Source: Ylistrum balloti
Taxonomy: Eukaryota
Length of the DNA: 64,000 nt
Assembly: GCF_031769215.1 (NCBI RefSeq)
Contig: NW_026782756.1
Span: forward strand, 372,001 to 436,000
Reading direction: 5' to 3'
This document shows positions 1 to 12,790 of the stretch, in pieces. The notes under the pieces are model-generated. The model was not told the DNA's origin. It saw only the letters and a list, made by a program, of their open reading frames with translations, and did not search any database. Both the position numbers and the translations under genes were made by a program. Position 1 is the first letter of the stretch. Each line of letters starts with the position of its first letter.

Positions 1-50
1 TAATGCTTATTTTTCAATAAATCAATATTCAATATCTTGTTTATAGTTAC

Positions 51-358
51 TTTCTGAGTCTTCGTCGATATATATCACCAAACTGACATGATACTATTTG
101 TACGTGTCACTTGAAACCTTATATTTAGCATAAAATTATGAGCGGTTTAGATAACCCGACCGTTCCAGTAAATCTACTGTCGTCACAATTATAAAAGGCA
201 ATCAATCACGGAACAGCTCGTTAACAGTAAAAATTCAATTTTAGCAAACTCTTAATCACTGACATTCGCTTAAATTCATAAAATGAACTATATTGCACTA
301 ATGACTATTAACTTTTGTTACTTACCCTTGGAGTAAGGGGTGTTCCCTGTGACGCCAT
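51..358 (-). CDS. First two coding exons of an unidentified gene running off the left edge (358..326 and 82..51; MASQGTPLTPR/FGDIYRRRLR...)
   Basis: Exon 367..326 has acceptor gtttttacag, ATG at 358 in ACAATGG context and donor AGG|gtaagt. Exon 82..51 has acceptor catgtcag and donor |gtaact and stays in frame. A strong minus-strand donor (TTG|gtgagt) near 2892 may mark an upstream UTR exon. No family recognised. Confidence 0.45.
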
Positions 359-3300
359 TGTTATGAACTGTAAAAACAAGTGAAATGCGTTGGACTAGAG
401 TCTGTAAGTTTTTCTTTGGTCTTTTACTGCACAAAGACACGACATTGATCATTGTGTACTTTATGACTGCAAGATCTTTACAAAGCCGTTAAAACTGTCA
501 CTAATTCGGTAACGCATTATGTAAAATCAGCTGGTACAGTTTCCATTATTAAACTTCCATTGTTGTTGTGATCATATTTGTTATACAAAGTATGTCATTG
601 TAATAATAAGAGGAATCTGTTACAAAATGCATTTATATTGTTTTAACTTAAATATCGGTTGACTTGCTGTATACTTACCACGAGTTGATTGTCTTGTATC
701 CAACTTGGTGTTCAGCTTCTTCATTAGACAATTGCAAGGCAGTTCATGTCCACTAAGAATGGGGAAAATCATATATTCAAAAATTAGAAACTCTTCCGCA
801 AGATTGTAAATTATACCTTTACATTCAATGTCATTATATCTCCTGGGGGCCAAAAATGTATATCAGCTGAACTACTTATACACAATGGAACACTCTAGCG
901 CCGTGCTTCGAAACATCTATTTGATGAGTGGCACACGTACAATGTTCCTTGAAGTTGTTTGTCTAATTCCTCAATAATTTATAATCCGATTATATGAAAA
1001 CGTCTGTCTCGGAGTGCTACAGTATTCAATACTTCCTTAACTTGAGCAAAATGTGTTCAGCAGACGTTTGTTATGGTAGATTCCTGTGTATCCCATTTTA
1101 TTGAGCTTAATCTCTGACCTTGACCTCTGCATATTGACTAGCAGCAATCATTGAACGATAGTGAGTAGGTACAAGATACTGATCGAAACTTGGATGTGTC
1201 CCAAAAACTCAAAGTCCCACTATCATGTGATAAGGTAAAATGTGTGACGAATGTATTTCTTTTCTACCAATGGCAGACTGTTCCACTACACACTCAGTAA
1301 ATATATCATTGGTTTGCTTTATGTTTCAAGTCTACGTGTGAACATTACGTTATATCACCTGCAATAAATTTTAAAAAGAATTTGGTAAGGCTTCATAAGT
1401 AATCTTTATGTCCGTATTCTTAAACTTGAAATGACGTAATAATATATTGGCAAAGTGCAATAAAAAAGAAACAGAAAATACTGACACATTAAGAAAATAT
1501 TCATTATAATTAAAAATATGTGAAGCGAGGAAGAAATAAATGAAATGCGGATTTGAAAGAAGACTTTTAAAATTAAAAAGTCAACAGGAGAGTCCAAGTA
1601 AGTATTACCACGAGGTTTGCCACAACCACCAGACAGACTAACGAGTATAGAAATCTTCAAACTTCATATCACATAAGGAAATAGAGTATTTTCAAATCGG
1701 ATCGCGTAGACGTGCATCTTGTATGATGTTAGTTAATCAGCCGTTGTCATCTCTCACGGAAATCGATATAGCATAAACACGCCGTAGACTATCAAATCAA
1801 CTGTGATATGTAAACATTACACTTTGGGGAAGTACGATATTTACTGTATAGAAATGGAAAGTTCACAGTCGAAAAATCGATATCATCACATTGTAAGAAA
1901 TGTGCTTCTGAAGGTTTCGTTGTAGACAATGATCGAGTGGCAGGACTTCCGTCGTGTTCTTTACTTCCAATTCTTGAGGGTATTTTTTGTTATTTTAAGA
2001 CCAGACAAATTCAATATGTCCAAAAGTGAGTATAGTAGGAAATATGAACGTCTTTACAATATGCAATACACAGTAATTGAAATTGATTTTAAATGGTGTC
2101 TGATCACTATATTTATTATATCCGGTACTTTAAACAGTCCGGGACTTTTATGGCGATACTTAAGAATACATTTTAGTTTGAAAGCATTTTTAATCCCGAG
2201 AAAGCGCGAACATCGAATTATCCTACTGTTTTTTTCACTGTTTGACAGAAAAAGATTCTACCAGAACACGGCGTTTCATGGCAGTTAATATCTCGTATCG
2301 ATGTAGAATTAAACAATGACTAATTCCCGGCTGATTATTTACAGAAAAATACCATATTACAGATATATAAACACATTACGTAAATGTTTCTGAAGGAATC
2401 GATTTACCAGATTAATCGAAATGCAAGTATGTTTAATTTTCAATTTAAGGCGAGAAAAAGTATTTCCCTTTTAAATTTGAAAATGTAAAATGATGATCAG
2501 GGTCGTGGTTAGGATGTCACAAAAGAAGTGAATAGTGTAAAACAACACTTGATGTTTAATGCATATGCATAAATTGAGAATACTGGAAATTAGGAAGAAG
2601 TATATCAACACCTTATTTTTCAATATTAGTCGGAAAATTGAGATACATGTTGAAGTTATCAATGGTTCATTCCAAGATCCAGAAATGTACAAATTTATGT
2701 TGGTTTATAAAACACAGACCCATATTAACATAAAAATTGTCTTTATTGATTTCTAACAAATAAATCCTTGTAATAAATAAATATATACTCTCAACATAAT
2801 ACTGTACCTGGTGAATAACATCGCGTATTATCATAAGCACAAAACATATACGACATAAAACATGAACAGTCATATCTAATGAATTCACTCACCAATAGCC
2901 CGGTATTATCTCTAGCAGGAAACAATTCTGGCCATAGTGAAGCTCTATCATTATAAAACAATCCCATCTTAACCTAAATTAAAACAATATTCACAATGAA
3001 ACACGACTTTATAATTTCAGGGATTTGTGTTTTTGATATGAATATCCTGTCTACAAACTAGAAATACAGATGATGTATCGATGTGAAATTGACGCCTCGT
3101 GGTTAGCAAATAAGTCGTTTCAACAAATGAAAATTTATCTATAACTAGATGCATGCCAACAAAGGAGCTTCATCCATTTCCAAACACGATTCATTATCAA
3201 AGATATGATAGGTTTGCATAAATCGGTAATTGGTTGTAGACTAGGTAAATATATTTCATCATACGTTTGTCGGGATAATTGATCATATAGGTTATCACAG

Positions 3301-4483
3301 ACATCTGTATTTCAAAAATACAGCTGAATGAGAAGTTTTAAAACAGAAAATATATTGCAAATAGACATTGTTGATAAGGGTCTCCATTAGTCACAATGTT
3401 CGGCAAAAGGTGACAATCAGGAGTCTTGCTGGTTGACAAGTGAAGTATCAAGTGGCTATTGCAGAATATCTAAAATCTAATACCAAAACTATTTTGATTT
3501 TATTAGGACATTTTCGGTAGACGCATGAACTTGTCGATAGCCTAAATTACCGCCTCAATGGCTCAGAGACTCCATTCAACACCCACCAAAGGCTCGGTCT
3601 TCAATAGACATTCAATCAATAAGTATTAATGGCTATGAAATATTCTATCATGCAATACATAATGGTATTGCTGTACACTATCCCAACCTGTTCTCCACAA
3701 TCGTTTTTCTGTGGACTATTTAAAACTAATATAAATACTATATGTGTATGTAAGCTCCAAACAAAACGACAGTGGAACCCGGTAATACACTCATTGTATG
3801 GGCACAAAATTCTTTTGAAACGAGCATAAAACCGAACATTGGCTAAGCACCGGTTACACAAAACTTTAAATCTATATATCGACCAGATACCTACTTATCT
3901 AAGGTGACACGACACCCGCTTTATTCAATATATGTCTAAACATCTAAAATTCGACGACTTTGTCGTTCATGTGAATATCAAATAATGAGTTTTATAAGTG
4001 CCGTTCGAACTTCATTCTAGTATGTTTTTTTCACATTTTATATCCTCTGTGTAGAGCTACAACGTGCAAAATTGTTTAAAGACTGACAAATATGCGTACA
4101 ACATATGACAACACCAAGTCTGAGGGGAGAACAAACACTTGCGATTACCACAAAATCATTCTCAGGCATCACTATAAGGCAGCCATGGAACAGTTTGACA
4201 TAAAATAATAAACCAGTTTTTAATTCTTAATCACCATAAGTCAGCGATTTAAACAGATCAGTCATTCTTTCCATGGTTTGGCCATCATGATTAACACAGT
4301 TTTTGTTTTTCTTAAATGTTTCCATTGTGGAATAAAAAGTATTCATGCCCTCTGAACTGACACACAAGATCCTTGGCTACGCCCATTCCAGTAAGGTAAT
4401 TTTCCTTATCACTTTTCACAGTCATCATTCTACCTCCAATAAAACGTATCCGAGCTACCTCATCACCCATACCTCACAATCCC

Positions 4484-4640
4484 TTTACATCCCCGCCTAG
4501 GAAAGTCCTTCTGCATCCCCGCCCGCAACAGAAAGCTTCATTACTCGTCTTCATAGTACTTCTACATCCCCGCCTGGAACAGAAAGTCTCATGACTCGTC
4601 ATTAACTGGCCTACATCCCCGCCTGGAACAGAAAGTCTCC
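4484..4640. repeat. Tandem duplications (about 49 bp, degenerating) of the profilin stop-codon region into its 3'UTR
   Basis: The core (t)acatccccgcc occurs near 4487, 4515, 4563 and 4612. The copy at 4562..4590 repeats ctacatccccgcctggaacagaaagtctc exactly. Confidence 0.85.
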
Positions 4641-5045
4641 GAGCTTCATCACCTGCTCATTACACTCCGACGCCACAGCGCGGGAATCATTAATACAAAT
4701 AAGAAGCAATGATTGCGTCCGACAAACGGTGCAGCCATATTCGTCCATTCGGGCGTATATACCCTGTTTGCCGTCCGCCAGACGGACTTCGTAATGCCGT
4801 CCACAGACTGTCACCCCATTTCTGTAAACTAGATCGGGGTACATCACTCCCTCTGCGATATGGCTTAGCTCACAAGCCTGGATCTTAAAATTGTCTGTGC
4901 CAATAATCAGTCGTTTAGTCCGACGGTCAAATATGGCCATCTGACATGAATTGGCCTCCACAATGTTCTCCAGCACATAATCCTCCCAAATTTTGAGGAG
5001 ATATTCTTCCTTCAGAGAAATACTGTCTATCCGTTGTAATTCCAT
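4611..5045 (-). CDS. Profilin-family protein (divergent, profilin-4-like), 144 aa, single coding exon
   Basis: Typical profilin length and motifs: WEDYV near the N-terminus, NGVTVCGRHY, GIYARMDEYGCTVCRTQSLLLI, and C-terminal helix VMKLGDFLFQAGM. A probable 5'UTR intron lies at about 5066..5165 (gtaag...acag). Confidence 0.8.
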   Translation of the reverse strand: MELQRIDSISLKEEYLLKIWEDYVLENIVEANSCQMAIFDRRTKRLIIGTDNFKIQACELSHIAEGVMYPDLVYRNGVTVCGRHYEVRLADGKQGIYARMDEYGCTVCRTQSLLLICINDSRAVASECNEQVMKLGDFLFQAGM

Positions 5046-6826
5046 ACTTGTCCGACAGTTAACTTCTGTCTACAGATATAGAGTGTCACCCGCTACTATC
5101 AACATACCGCCAGTGTGTGTGTGCGCTAAGCCGAATTCTACCCCGTCAACCGTGCCAAGGCTTACTGGTAATTAATAGACTTGTATATATTGGACGACAA
5201 TCAGTGTGTGGGAATCTCATGTTTATCCATAAGACACAAACCTTTCGTGACATAACCACGTACCGTATTTACTACTCAGAACTGCTACTGATCATAATAA
5301 AAAGAAGAATCTGTGTTAAGTGAGGAGATAATATCCGTTGCCATGTGGAAGTAAAGTGGAATGGTTATGCCCGCCCTATAGTGGTCTTGTTGATACTTAA
5401 TGCTTTGAAGGAGGTCATTCATAACCTGTTTGAAATGTATTGTTTACAATACCTACACTATAGTTTACGTTAGTGGAGGTCAGTTGTACACTGTAAAGAG
5501 ATAAAATAATTCACAGACGGGTACCTGTATCATTTTGCTATCTTTTTACGTGCTTCCCCAGGATTACATGTTAAAATTTACCATCAGATCCTGTTTTAGG
5601 TTATCATCATGTTCAACTAAAGGAAAGTCGATTTTCTATTTAAGAAAATGCGGGTTTTTAGTAACCAAATCTTATCACAGGGTGATTCATCAGAGATTAT
5701 CAATCAAGCTTATGTCCAACTATAAAGAAACCAACAGGTGGTTTCGCAGCTTTTCCAATATTCTTCTTGTCATAAACAGTTATATGATCTTGTGACATGT
5801 GTCTGACAATACGTCGTCTTACCAGGTAATAATAGATAAATAATTGATAGAAACTGTTATATGTATGTGTGTCTAGTAGACAACTTGTCATTTGACCCTG
5901 AAATCTAGGTCACTAACACGTCTCACACAATCACAATAATTACATTGTTTTAGTGTCTACCACTAATTGGATATTATGGATAATTAACTCATTGTGAAAT
6001 AACAGGACAGTGTAACATATGAGACTTTCTTACCGTTATTATTGAATCAATAACCTATCAATGATAAAACTGCATATTTGATTTTAATAATTGACCGAAG
6101 TAAATGGAATATATACTGAACATTGGCTCTCTGCAATTAACTTTTGTATAACTTGATTGCTTATTTAAAAATATCTAACAGTCTCTTTTTTATCAAAACG
6201 ATTTCATCGATATTAGAAATAATATGAGGTATGTAACGAAATCTTTTTATTTGTGCTTAATATTGGTTTTGTTATTTTGACTTTAATTCATGTTTTCTTA
6301 TATTCAAAATCCTGCTACTTCGGTTCAGCACGATTGATGATAAGCTCACGTATTCGCTTAAATATAACGGGATTTTGCATTGATTCACGAAGAATGTTGA
6401 CCTGAAGTGGCTGAGAATTCGATATTGGACATTATTAGCTACCACATGCTAATTTTAGAATACCAACGAGTCAACAGATTCTGAATTCAAACATAGTCGA
6501 TGAAACTAGGGCAAAATATGAACAAAAGATAAAAATACACAAAGACTCCTGAAAAGAACAAAGAGAATAAAATCAGGTAAGTTCGGATGGGTAGTCGTCT
6601 TCTGCTTCGTTGCCTTGTAAATACAGGTAAGTGATGTCACGTTCCAAAGTGAGAACAAAACAAACAACAACGGAAACAACAGGTATATTCTGCGATATAT
6701 AAGCGTCAAAGGTAGGAGATGAAGGATGTTGCTATCTATTATTTTAGGCGTCAAAATCTTGTTTAAAAAATATGGACCACAATATCTATGATACTAAACT
6801 CATTATTAATAGTTTTAAACAAAAAC

Positions 6827-6874
6827 CAAAGCGCAGAAACGTATATAACGTGTTATATACGTCTCTGCAAAGCG
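6827..6874. mobile_element. 34-bp palindromic insertion flanked by a 7-bp direct repeat (CAAAGCG); mini-MITE or transposon footprint
   Basis: 6834..6867 is CAGAAACGTATATAAC-GT-GTTATATACGTCTCTG (16-bp arms, 1 mismatch). CAAAGCG sits at 6827..6833 and again at 6868..6874. Confidence 0.6.
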
Positions 6875-7317
6875 TAGTTTTTATCATATAAATAATTAAG
6901 GATAAAAGATTTGGCCAAAAAAATAAACATCAGTCACTTTAAACAAACGGATAGAACAATAGAAAGACAACAACATCAGAATGAGATAAAACGTAAAACG
7001 TAATACAAAGACAAGGAACAGTACGAGACAACACTACAACAGGAATGTGCATCTTCTGTACACTGTTTGTGGGGTGGACTATCATCAGTATGTCACATTA
7101 GATGGAACACGTTACATAACTTGCTTACTATAGATCTGGTCGAGTGTTTGTGTTTCAATCGTCAGGGAAAACAGGTGGTTTTTATTAGCAATGAACCAGT
7201 CACACTTTATACGTCAAAAATTTGTTACTTCTATTAGTAAAGCATAATTGTATTTTAAAAGGCCGAATAAGCAGATAAATTTAGTGTGTATTCAGGTTCG
7301 TTATTAAAGATCACCAA

Positions 7318-7560
7318 TCACTTTGAACAACTCTACATATTGTCTCATTCCATAACACTTCATCCGTCACTTTATACAACACTACATAGTGTCTCATTCC
7401 ATAACACTTCACCCGTCACTTTATACAACACTACATAGTGTCTCATTCCATAACACTTCACCCATCACTTTGAACAACACTACATAGTGTCTCATTCCAT
7501 AACACTTCACCCATCACTTTGAACAACACTACATAGTGTCTCGTTCCATAACACTTCACA
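7318..7560. repeat. Minisatellite, 49-bp unit, about 5 copies
   Basis: Unit tcactttgaacaacactacatagtgtctcattccataacacttcaccca is visibly repeated. Confidence 0.95.
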
Positions 7561-8439
7561 TATTTTGACATTATTTGTTTTCAGAAGATCTATATAACGA
7601 TGTCAACATGGGCAGAAATAGCACTATTTCTTTCTGAAAGTTAAGTTACACCACATCTATGTGAAAATGTGAAAACATTATTAGAAATATGTCTCCATGT
7701 CGCGTGATCACAAGGACGATAACAAGGCGTGAAACCCTACCTGTATTAAAGTTTGTCGTTTTGTTCTGAGGCTGTCAGAGTTAACGAAATCAGTATATAT
7801 ATCAACTACTTCAGTACATAGGTGTATACGTGATCGATAGGTTTATCTGAAGTACAGCGACTACACACGAATACCACACGTTTACATGGGTAAACAAATC
7901 AACAATATACACACACAAGCGAGACGTGTCGAACAGTTTAACATAAATACACTCGTATCATAGGCCTTAATTTTTATAAACATCCTCCCGGCAAACATTT
8001 ATTTACCACATGATACTGGTAAAATTCTTCTTTACACGAGGAGAAGTATTTATCAAATCTACATGTATTGTTACTAAGACTTCATACATTCCAGCCAATG
8101 ATATAAAAATGTTAATTCTGATTCTCATAGAATAAAATGTCGTCATTTTCATGTACTTTGAATTGTGTCCATCATATAAAATATGTATTTTATGTCTGTT
8201 TTTATATGTGAGTAGCAAACTAGCATTTCTACGATTACGGCATTTTTCTCTTATCATATCCTAAATCTCCCATAAGTTTGAGATATATACGGAAAATATG
8301 AAATACATTAATTACCAAAAATATCCTGCATTGTTAAAGGACCTGGTCAAATCTAAATATATCACGGCTATATGAATCATCCATTTTGACTGGTTTTGCA
8401 TGTATTAATAGTTCCGTTATTGCACAACCAACTGTCATG

Positions 8440-8469
8440 CTTCTAGAAGCTTCTAGAAAAGTCCGGAAC
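8440..8469 (+). promoter_or_regulatory. Distal heat-shock element (4 perfect and 2 further alternating nGAAn units)
   Basis: cTTCt aGAAg cTTCt aGAAa aGTCc gGAAc, about 350 bp upstream of the HSP70 ATG. Confidence 0.9.
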
Positions 8470-8579
8470 TTATGTCATGGAAATTTAGGCCAATCACTCG
8501 GTATTTTCCGGTATAGTTGCTGGTATGTATGACGAAGTACGAGGGGACCCGAACGTTTTTAAACAATGAGAAAATTTCA

Positions 8580-8640
8580 CGAAGGTTCCAGCAACCCAGT
8601 TTTGAGCAATCTAGAATGTTCTTTTGGCGGGTTATATATA
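8580..8640 (+). promoter_or_regulatory. Proximal heat-shock elements and TATA box of HSP70
   Basis: cGAAg gTTCc at 8580..8589, aATCt aGAAt gTTCt at 8608..8622, and TATATATA at 8633..8640. Confidence 0.8.
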
Positions 8641-8815
8641 CCAGTCAGAGCCCAGCTTTGTCATTAGTCCTGGAAACAAACTCGACAGAGTGGTACTAAA
8701 TACTCTTGCTTGATTATAGACAGAGCTAGGTAATAATTTAGGTTTTACAAACAACCGTAGACTCTAACTTTTTTTCATTTCAACGAAATATTATTTGTGA
8801 AAAGAATTATTCGAT

Positions 8816-10717
8816 ATGGCTACAGCAATCGGAATAGATTTGGGAACCACGTACTCGTGTGTTGGCGTATTTCAGCACGGAAAGGTGGAGATCATAGCAA
8901 ATGACCAGGGGAACAGGACCACGCCTAGTTATGTGGCGTTCTCAGAAACGGAAAGATTAATAGGAGACGCGGCAAAAAATCAGGTTGCCATGAATCCTGA
9001 AAACACAATATTTGATGCGAAAAGACTGATTGGACGAAAGTTTGATGACCAGACGGTGCAGTCGGATATGAAGCATTGGTCATTTAGAGTTGTTGATTGC
9101 GGCGGTAAACCAAAGCTACAGGTACAATGTAAAGGCGAGACCAAACAGTTCAACCCCGAGGAAGTTAGCTCCATGGTATTGACAAAACTGAAGGAAACTG
9201 CTGAGGGATATCTGGGTCAAAAGGTTAAAAATGCCGTCATAACGGTACCAGCCTATTTCAACGACGCTCAGAGACAAGCAACAAAAGACGCTGGCTTCAT
9301 CGCTGGACTTAATGTCCTGAGGATCGTCAACGAACCGACTGCCGCTGCTCTAGCATATGGCTTGGACAAAAACTTGAAAGGTGAGAAAAATGTTCTCATC
9401 TTTGATTTGGGCGGGGGAACGTTCGATGTATCTGTTCTGAGCATTGACGAGGGTTCCATGTTTGAAGTGAGGTCCACCGCCGGGGATACCCACCTCGGCG
9501 GGGAAGATTTCGATAACAGGGTCGTAAGCCATTTCATACAAGAGTTCAAAAGGAAGCATGGTAAAGACATGAGCAAGAACAGTAGAGCTGTCAGAAGACT
9601 GCGCACATCGTGCGAACGCGCCAAGAGGACACTGTCGAACAGTAGCGAAGCCAGCATTGAAATAGACGCTTTGTTTGATGGTGTTGATTTTTACAGTAAA
9701 CTGACGAGGGCGAGGTTTGAGGACTTGTGTGCTGACCTTTTCCGTGCCACTCTGTTACCGGTGGAAAAGGCGCTCGTGGACTCCAAGTTAGATAAATCAA
9801 GGATTCACGAGGTCATTCTCGTAGGAGGCTCCACACGTATACCGAAGATTCAGAAGCTGCTCCAGGAATTCATGAATGGTAAACCACTTAACAAATCAAT
9901 CAACCCTGACGAAGCGGTAGCATACGGTGCCGCCGTTCAGGCCGCCATTCTTACTGGCGACAAAAGTGACGTCATTAAAGATGTTCTGCTAATGGACGTG
10001 ACTCCCCTATCATTGGGAATAGAAACAGCGGGAGGTGTGATGACGAACTTAATAAACCGTAACTCAACCATCCCGACAAAGACATCCAAAACATTCACGA
10101 CATACTCGGACAACCAGCAAGGCGTCCACATTCAGATTTTCGAAGGAGAACGTGCTATGACCAAAGACAATAACCGGCTTGGAAAATTCGACCTCGACGG
10201 TATCCCCCCAGCTCCACGCGGTGTACCTCAGATCGAGGTCCAATTCGACATTGACGCGAACGGAATCCTAAACATCACCGCTGCAGAGAAAAACAGTGGT
10301 AAGACAAATAGGATTACTATCACCAATGACCAGGAACGTCTCAGTAAAGACGAAATCGAAAAAATGGTTGCCGACGCGGAGAAATATAAAGATGAGGACG
10401 ACAAACACAGGCAGCGAATTGCCGCAAGGAACCAGTTTGAGAATTACGTTTTCAGTGTAAAAACGGCGATAGAAAATGCGGGCGATAAACTTTCTGCGGA
10501 AGAAAGAGCTACTGTCAGCCAGAATTGTGACGAACAAATCAAGTGGCTCGACAATAACACAACAGCAGATGTAGATGAATTCGAGTACAAACTGAAGGAA
10601 TTTCAAAACCTGTGCACACCTGTCATGACTAAACTTCATGGGGGTGCCCCACAGGGTGACAGTGGGAAGGCTACCGATAGTAAGAGTGGTGGTCCTATAA
10701 TAGAGGAACTGGATTGA
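8816..10717 (+). CDS. hsp70: Heat-inducible cytosolic HSP70 (intronless, 633 aa)
   Basis: All three HSP70 signatures are present ([37 protein letters not shown]), plus RARFEDL. No introns, upstream HSEs, no GGMP repeats; ends GGPIIEELD. Confidence 0.98.
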   Translation: MATAIGIDLGTTYSCVGVFQHGKVEIIANDQGNRTTPSYVAFSETERLIGDAAKNQVAMNPENTIFDAKRLIGRKFDDQTVQSDMKHWSFRVVDCGGKPKLQVQCKGETKQFNPEEVSSMVLTKLKETAEGYLGQKVKNAVITVPAYFNDAQRQATKDAGFIAGLNVLRIVNEPTAAALAYGLDKNLKGEKNVLIFDLGGGTFDVSVLSIDEGSMFEVRSTAGDTHLGGEDFDNRVVSHFIQEFKRKHGKDMSKNSRAVRRLRTSCERAKRTLSNSSEASIEIDALFDGVDFYSKLTRARFEDLCADLFRATLLPVEKALVDSKLDKSRIHEVILVGGSTRIPKIQKLLQEFMNGKPLNKSINPDEAVAYGAAVQAAILTGDKSDVIKDVLLMDVTPLSLGIETAGGVMTNLINRNSTIPTKTSKTFTTYSDNQQGVHIQIFEGERAMTKDNNRLGKFDLDGIPPAPRGVPQIEVQFDIDANGILNITAAEKNSGKTNRITITNDQERLSKDEIEKMVADAEKYKDEDDKHRQRIAARNQFENYVFSVKTAIENAGDKLSAEERATVSQNCDEQIKWLDNNTTADVDEFEYKLKEFQNLCTPVMTKLHGGAPQGDSGKATDSKSGGPIIEELD

Positions 10718-12687
10718 GCGCACTGACTGGAAGCAGGAAGTAGGATACTTGATAATAGAGGTCTATTAACAAGGACTATTGACTATTGTCTTTATTCAGT
10801 TTGAATATGTATAGTGCTGAATTGATACTCAGATGTTGTTCTGTCACTGATCTACTCTGTATATAATATATTGCTGTCGTACATGTTATACAATCATTGT
10901 TCAATGTATCGCTCTTGTTGTACTATCTATTTGAAATATTTGCTTTGACATTGTTATTTATGTTGTTCTGTCATTGTTCTATGTACTTCTCTGTCATTGC
11001 TGTTATTTTTCGCACTAGCTCTTTAAATCGCTGTACTCCTCTGATGTTTTGATTGGAAGTAAGACATAATTCAATATAGCAATCTGGAATTGTACTTATA
11101 AACTTGAAAAGGCGATTTTTGTGACGTTTTGAAGAAATTTCGCTAGTGGATTACTTTTTTACGACGTAGTTGACGGCGTGATTCGGTTGATAGCGTCAAC
11201 AATTTCAACGTTTGATGGTTGCTAAGGTAATTTTCTTGAGTATAACTTAGGAAATCTGCTATATATTTCAACTTAATTTTGTATCAGTTATCACCACAAA
11301 TTACAGATTTCAAATTCACTTTCCAAGATTTTTAGGACAAACGAATTATTCAGCTTATTTCTTAATCTTGGAAAAACTTAATATTCTGGAGTGAAATTGG
11401 AAAAAAATAATGAATAAATAAAATAACGCACAGTGACCCCCTACTTCAGTTTAATCATGAGAAGAATCATCGAAAATATCTCTATCCAAATATAGAAAAT
11501 ATTAAAAAAAATCAATACTGGAAGTCAAAGAAAGGATTTAAGTCATTTTGGAACATTCTCATTTTTTGGTTGCTATGCCGTTTCAAGCTCGTTGAAGCAA
11601 ATGAAAACTGATTATTTCGCATTATTCTTGTTTATTGATATCCAGGTATCATACCCTTATCTTATAATGAAAGACAATAATTTATTTGAAAAATAGTTGC
11701 CGCGAAAATAACAGGCAATGTATGTTATTCAGGAAAAAATTAGAAAAATATGTGAAAATGAATTATTTCTGACGCCTGTATTGGAAAAAGTAGTGTAGTA
11801 ACATATTGATTTTTCGCTTTTAATCAACTTTCTAATGTGAAGTCATTATGGCGAAAAAATCTTGTGATTCGTTTTTTTTTTTTTTTTTAATCTTTTTTTT
11901 GTTTGTTTTGATTATAGTTCAAAGCATGTGACGTATATAAAGAAAATCCAATAATTCATATGCTATGTTTTATGTTTAACAAAATGATATGATACTTATT
12001 CGAAATACTATGATTGTTATTGTTAAACAGGTGTTTTTCTGAATAATAAAAACTAGTATCATTAAAACAATAATCATTTTTTTGTTTTACTTCCTGTAGT
12101 TTGATTACATCAATACGTGCCACGTGACTCATATGAAGTAACAAACTTCACTGAACACTGAATTTCAGAAGCTAGAAAGTCATCAAGATACTCCTGCTAT
12201 TGTTTTTTTTCCGAAAGTTGCATCACCCTTTTAAATATCTTCTTGTTAAATCAACCGTAAGATAAAAGAAAAAACCAATAAAAACCAATAAAATTATATA
12301 GATGAAAATTATCGTGCTAAAAGGTTTGACATACCGTGACGGAAGGACGGACGGACGGATCTTAAGGTGGATGGCGTTTCGTTTGGAAAAAGACATTACC
12401 TTTTAGTTTCATATTCTTTCACCAACGAAAATGTTAGTTCAGGAATAATGAACTTCTGCAAGTTATCTCCCTTGTGATTTTCAAAGGTTTATTCATGTTT
12501 TCTAAAATCTGGTGTTATTTTGTTACAACAGAATAGAGCGAAATATCAAACAGGTCACTACAACTGACGCTAAAAAATTAACTAAAGAAATAGGGAATAA
12601 ACAACGCCGTAACATTTTTGTTTCGTTTTCCCTTTTCTTGTCATTGTCCGGATTTCTGGACATAAGCCGGTTCAGTTTTTAGTGTAA

Positions 12688-12790
12688 TTTCAAAACATAA
12701 ACTCTTCAACGGCGCCAATCAACACCTCGACAGCGAGAACCTCGCAAGAGACCAAATGACGGAAGTGGCCAAGGAACAGTGAACACGTAA
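12688..12790 (+). promoter_or_regulatory. Probable SMC6 core promoter and non-coding first exon region
   Basis: CpG-enriched stretch with a CHR-like TTCAAA (about 12689), GGCGCCAAT (E2F-like plus CCAAT, 12711), ETS motif CGGAAGTG (12760..12767) and a candidate donor cac|gtaata near 12787. The first coding exon acceptor is at 13284. Confidence 0.45.

Noticed and set aside
1929-2288. 119-aa ORF and other 60-110 aa ORFs in AT-rich intergenic or intronic DNA
   Set aside because: They have low-complexity F/I/L/K composition, no domains and no consistent splice signals, as expected by chance.
7318-7560. Regularly spaced repeats resembling a CRISPR array (also 35085-36250 and 57225-58310)
   Set aside because: There are no unique spacers and no cas genes, and the context is eukaryotic; these are plain tandem repeats.
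8980-10723. Several antisense ORFs (64-151 aa) opposite HSP70
   Set aside because: Long antisense frames are a known by-product of HSP70 codon usage; there is no independent promoter or recognisable domain.
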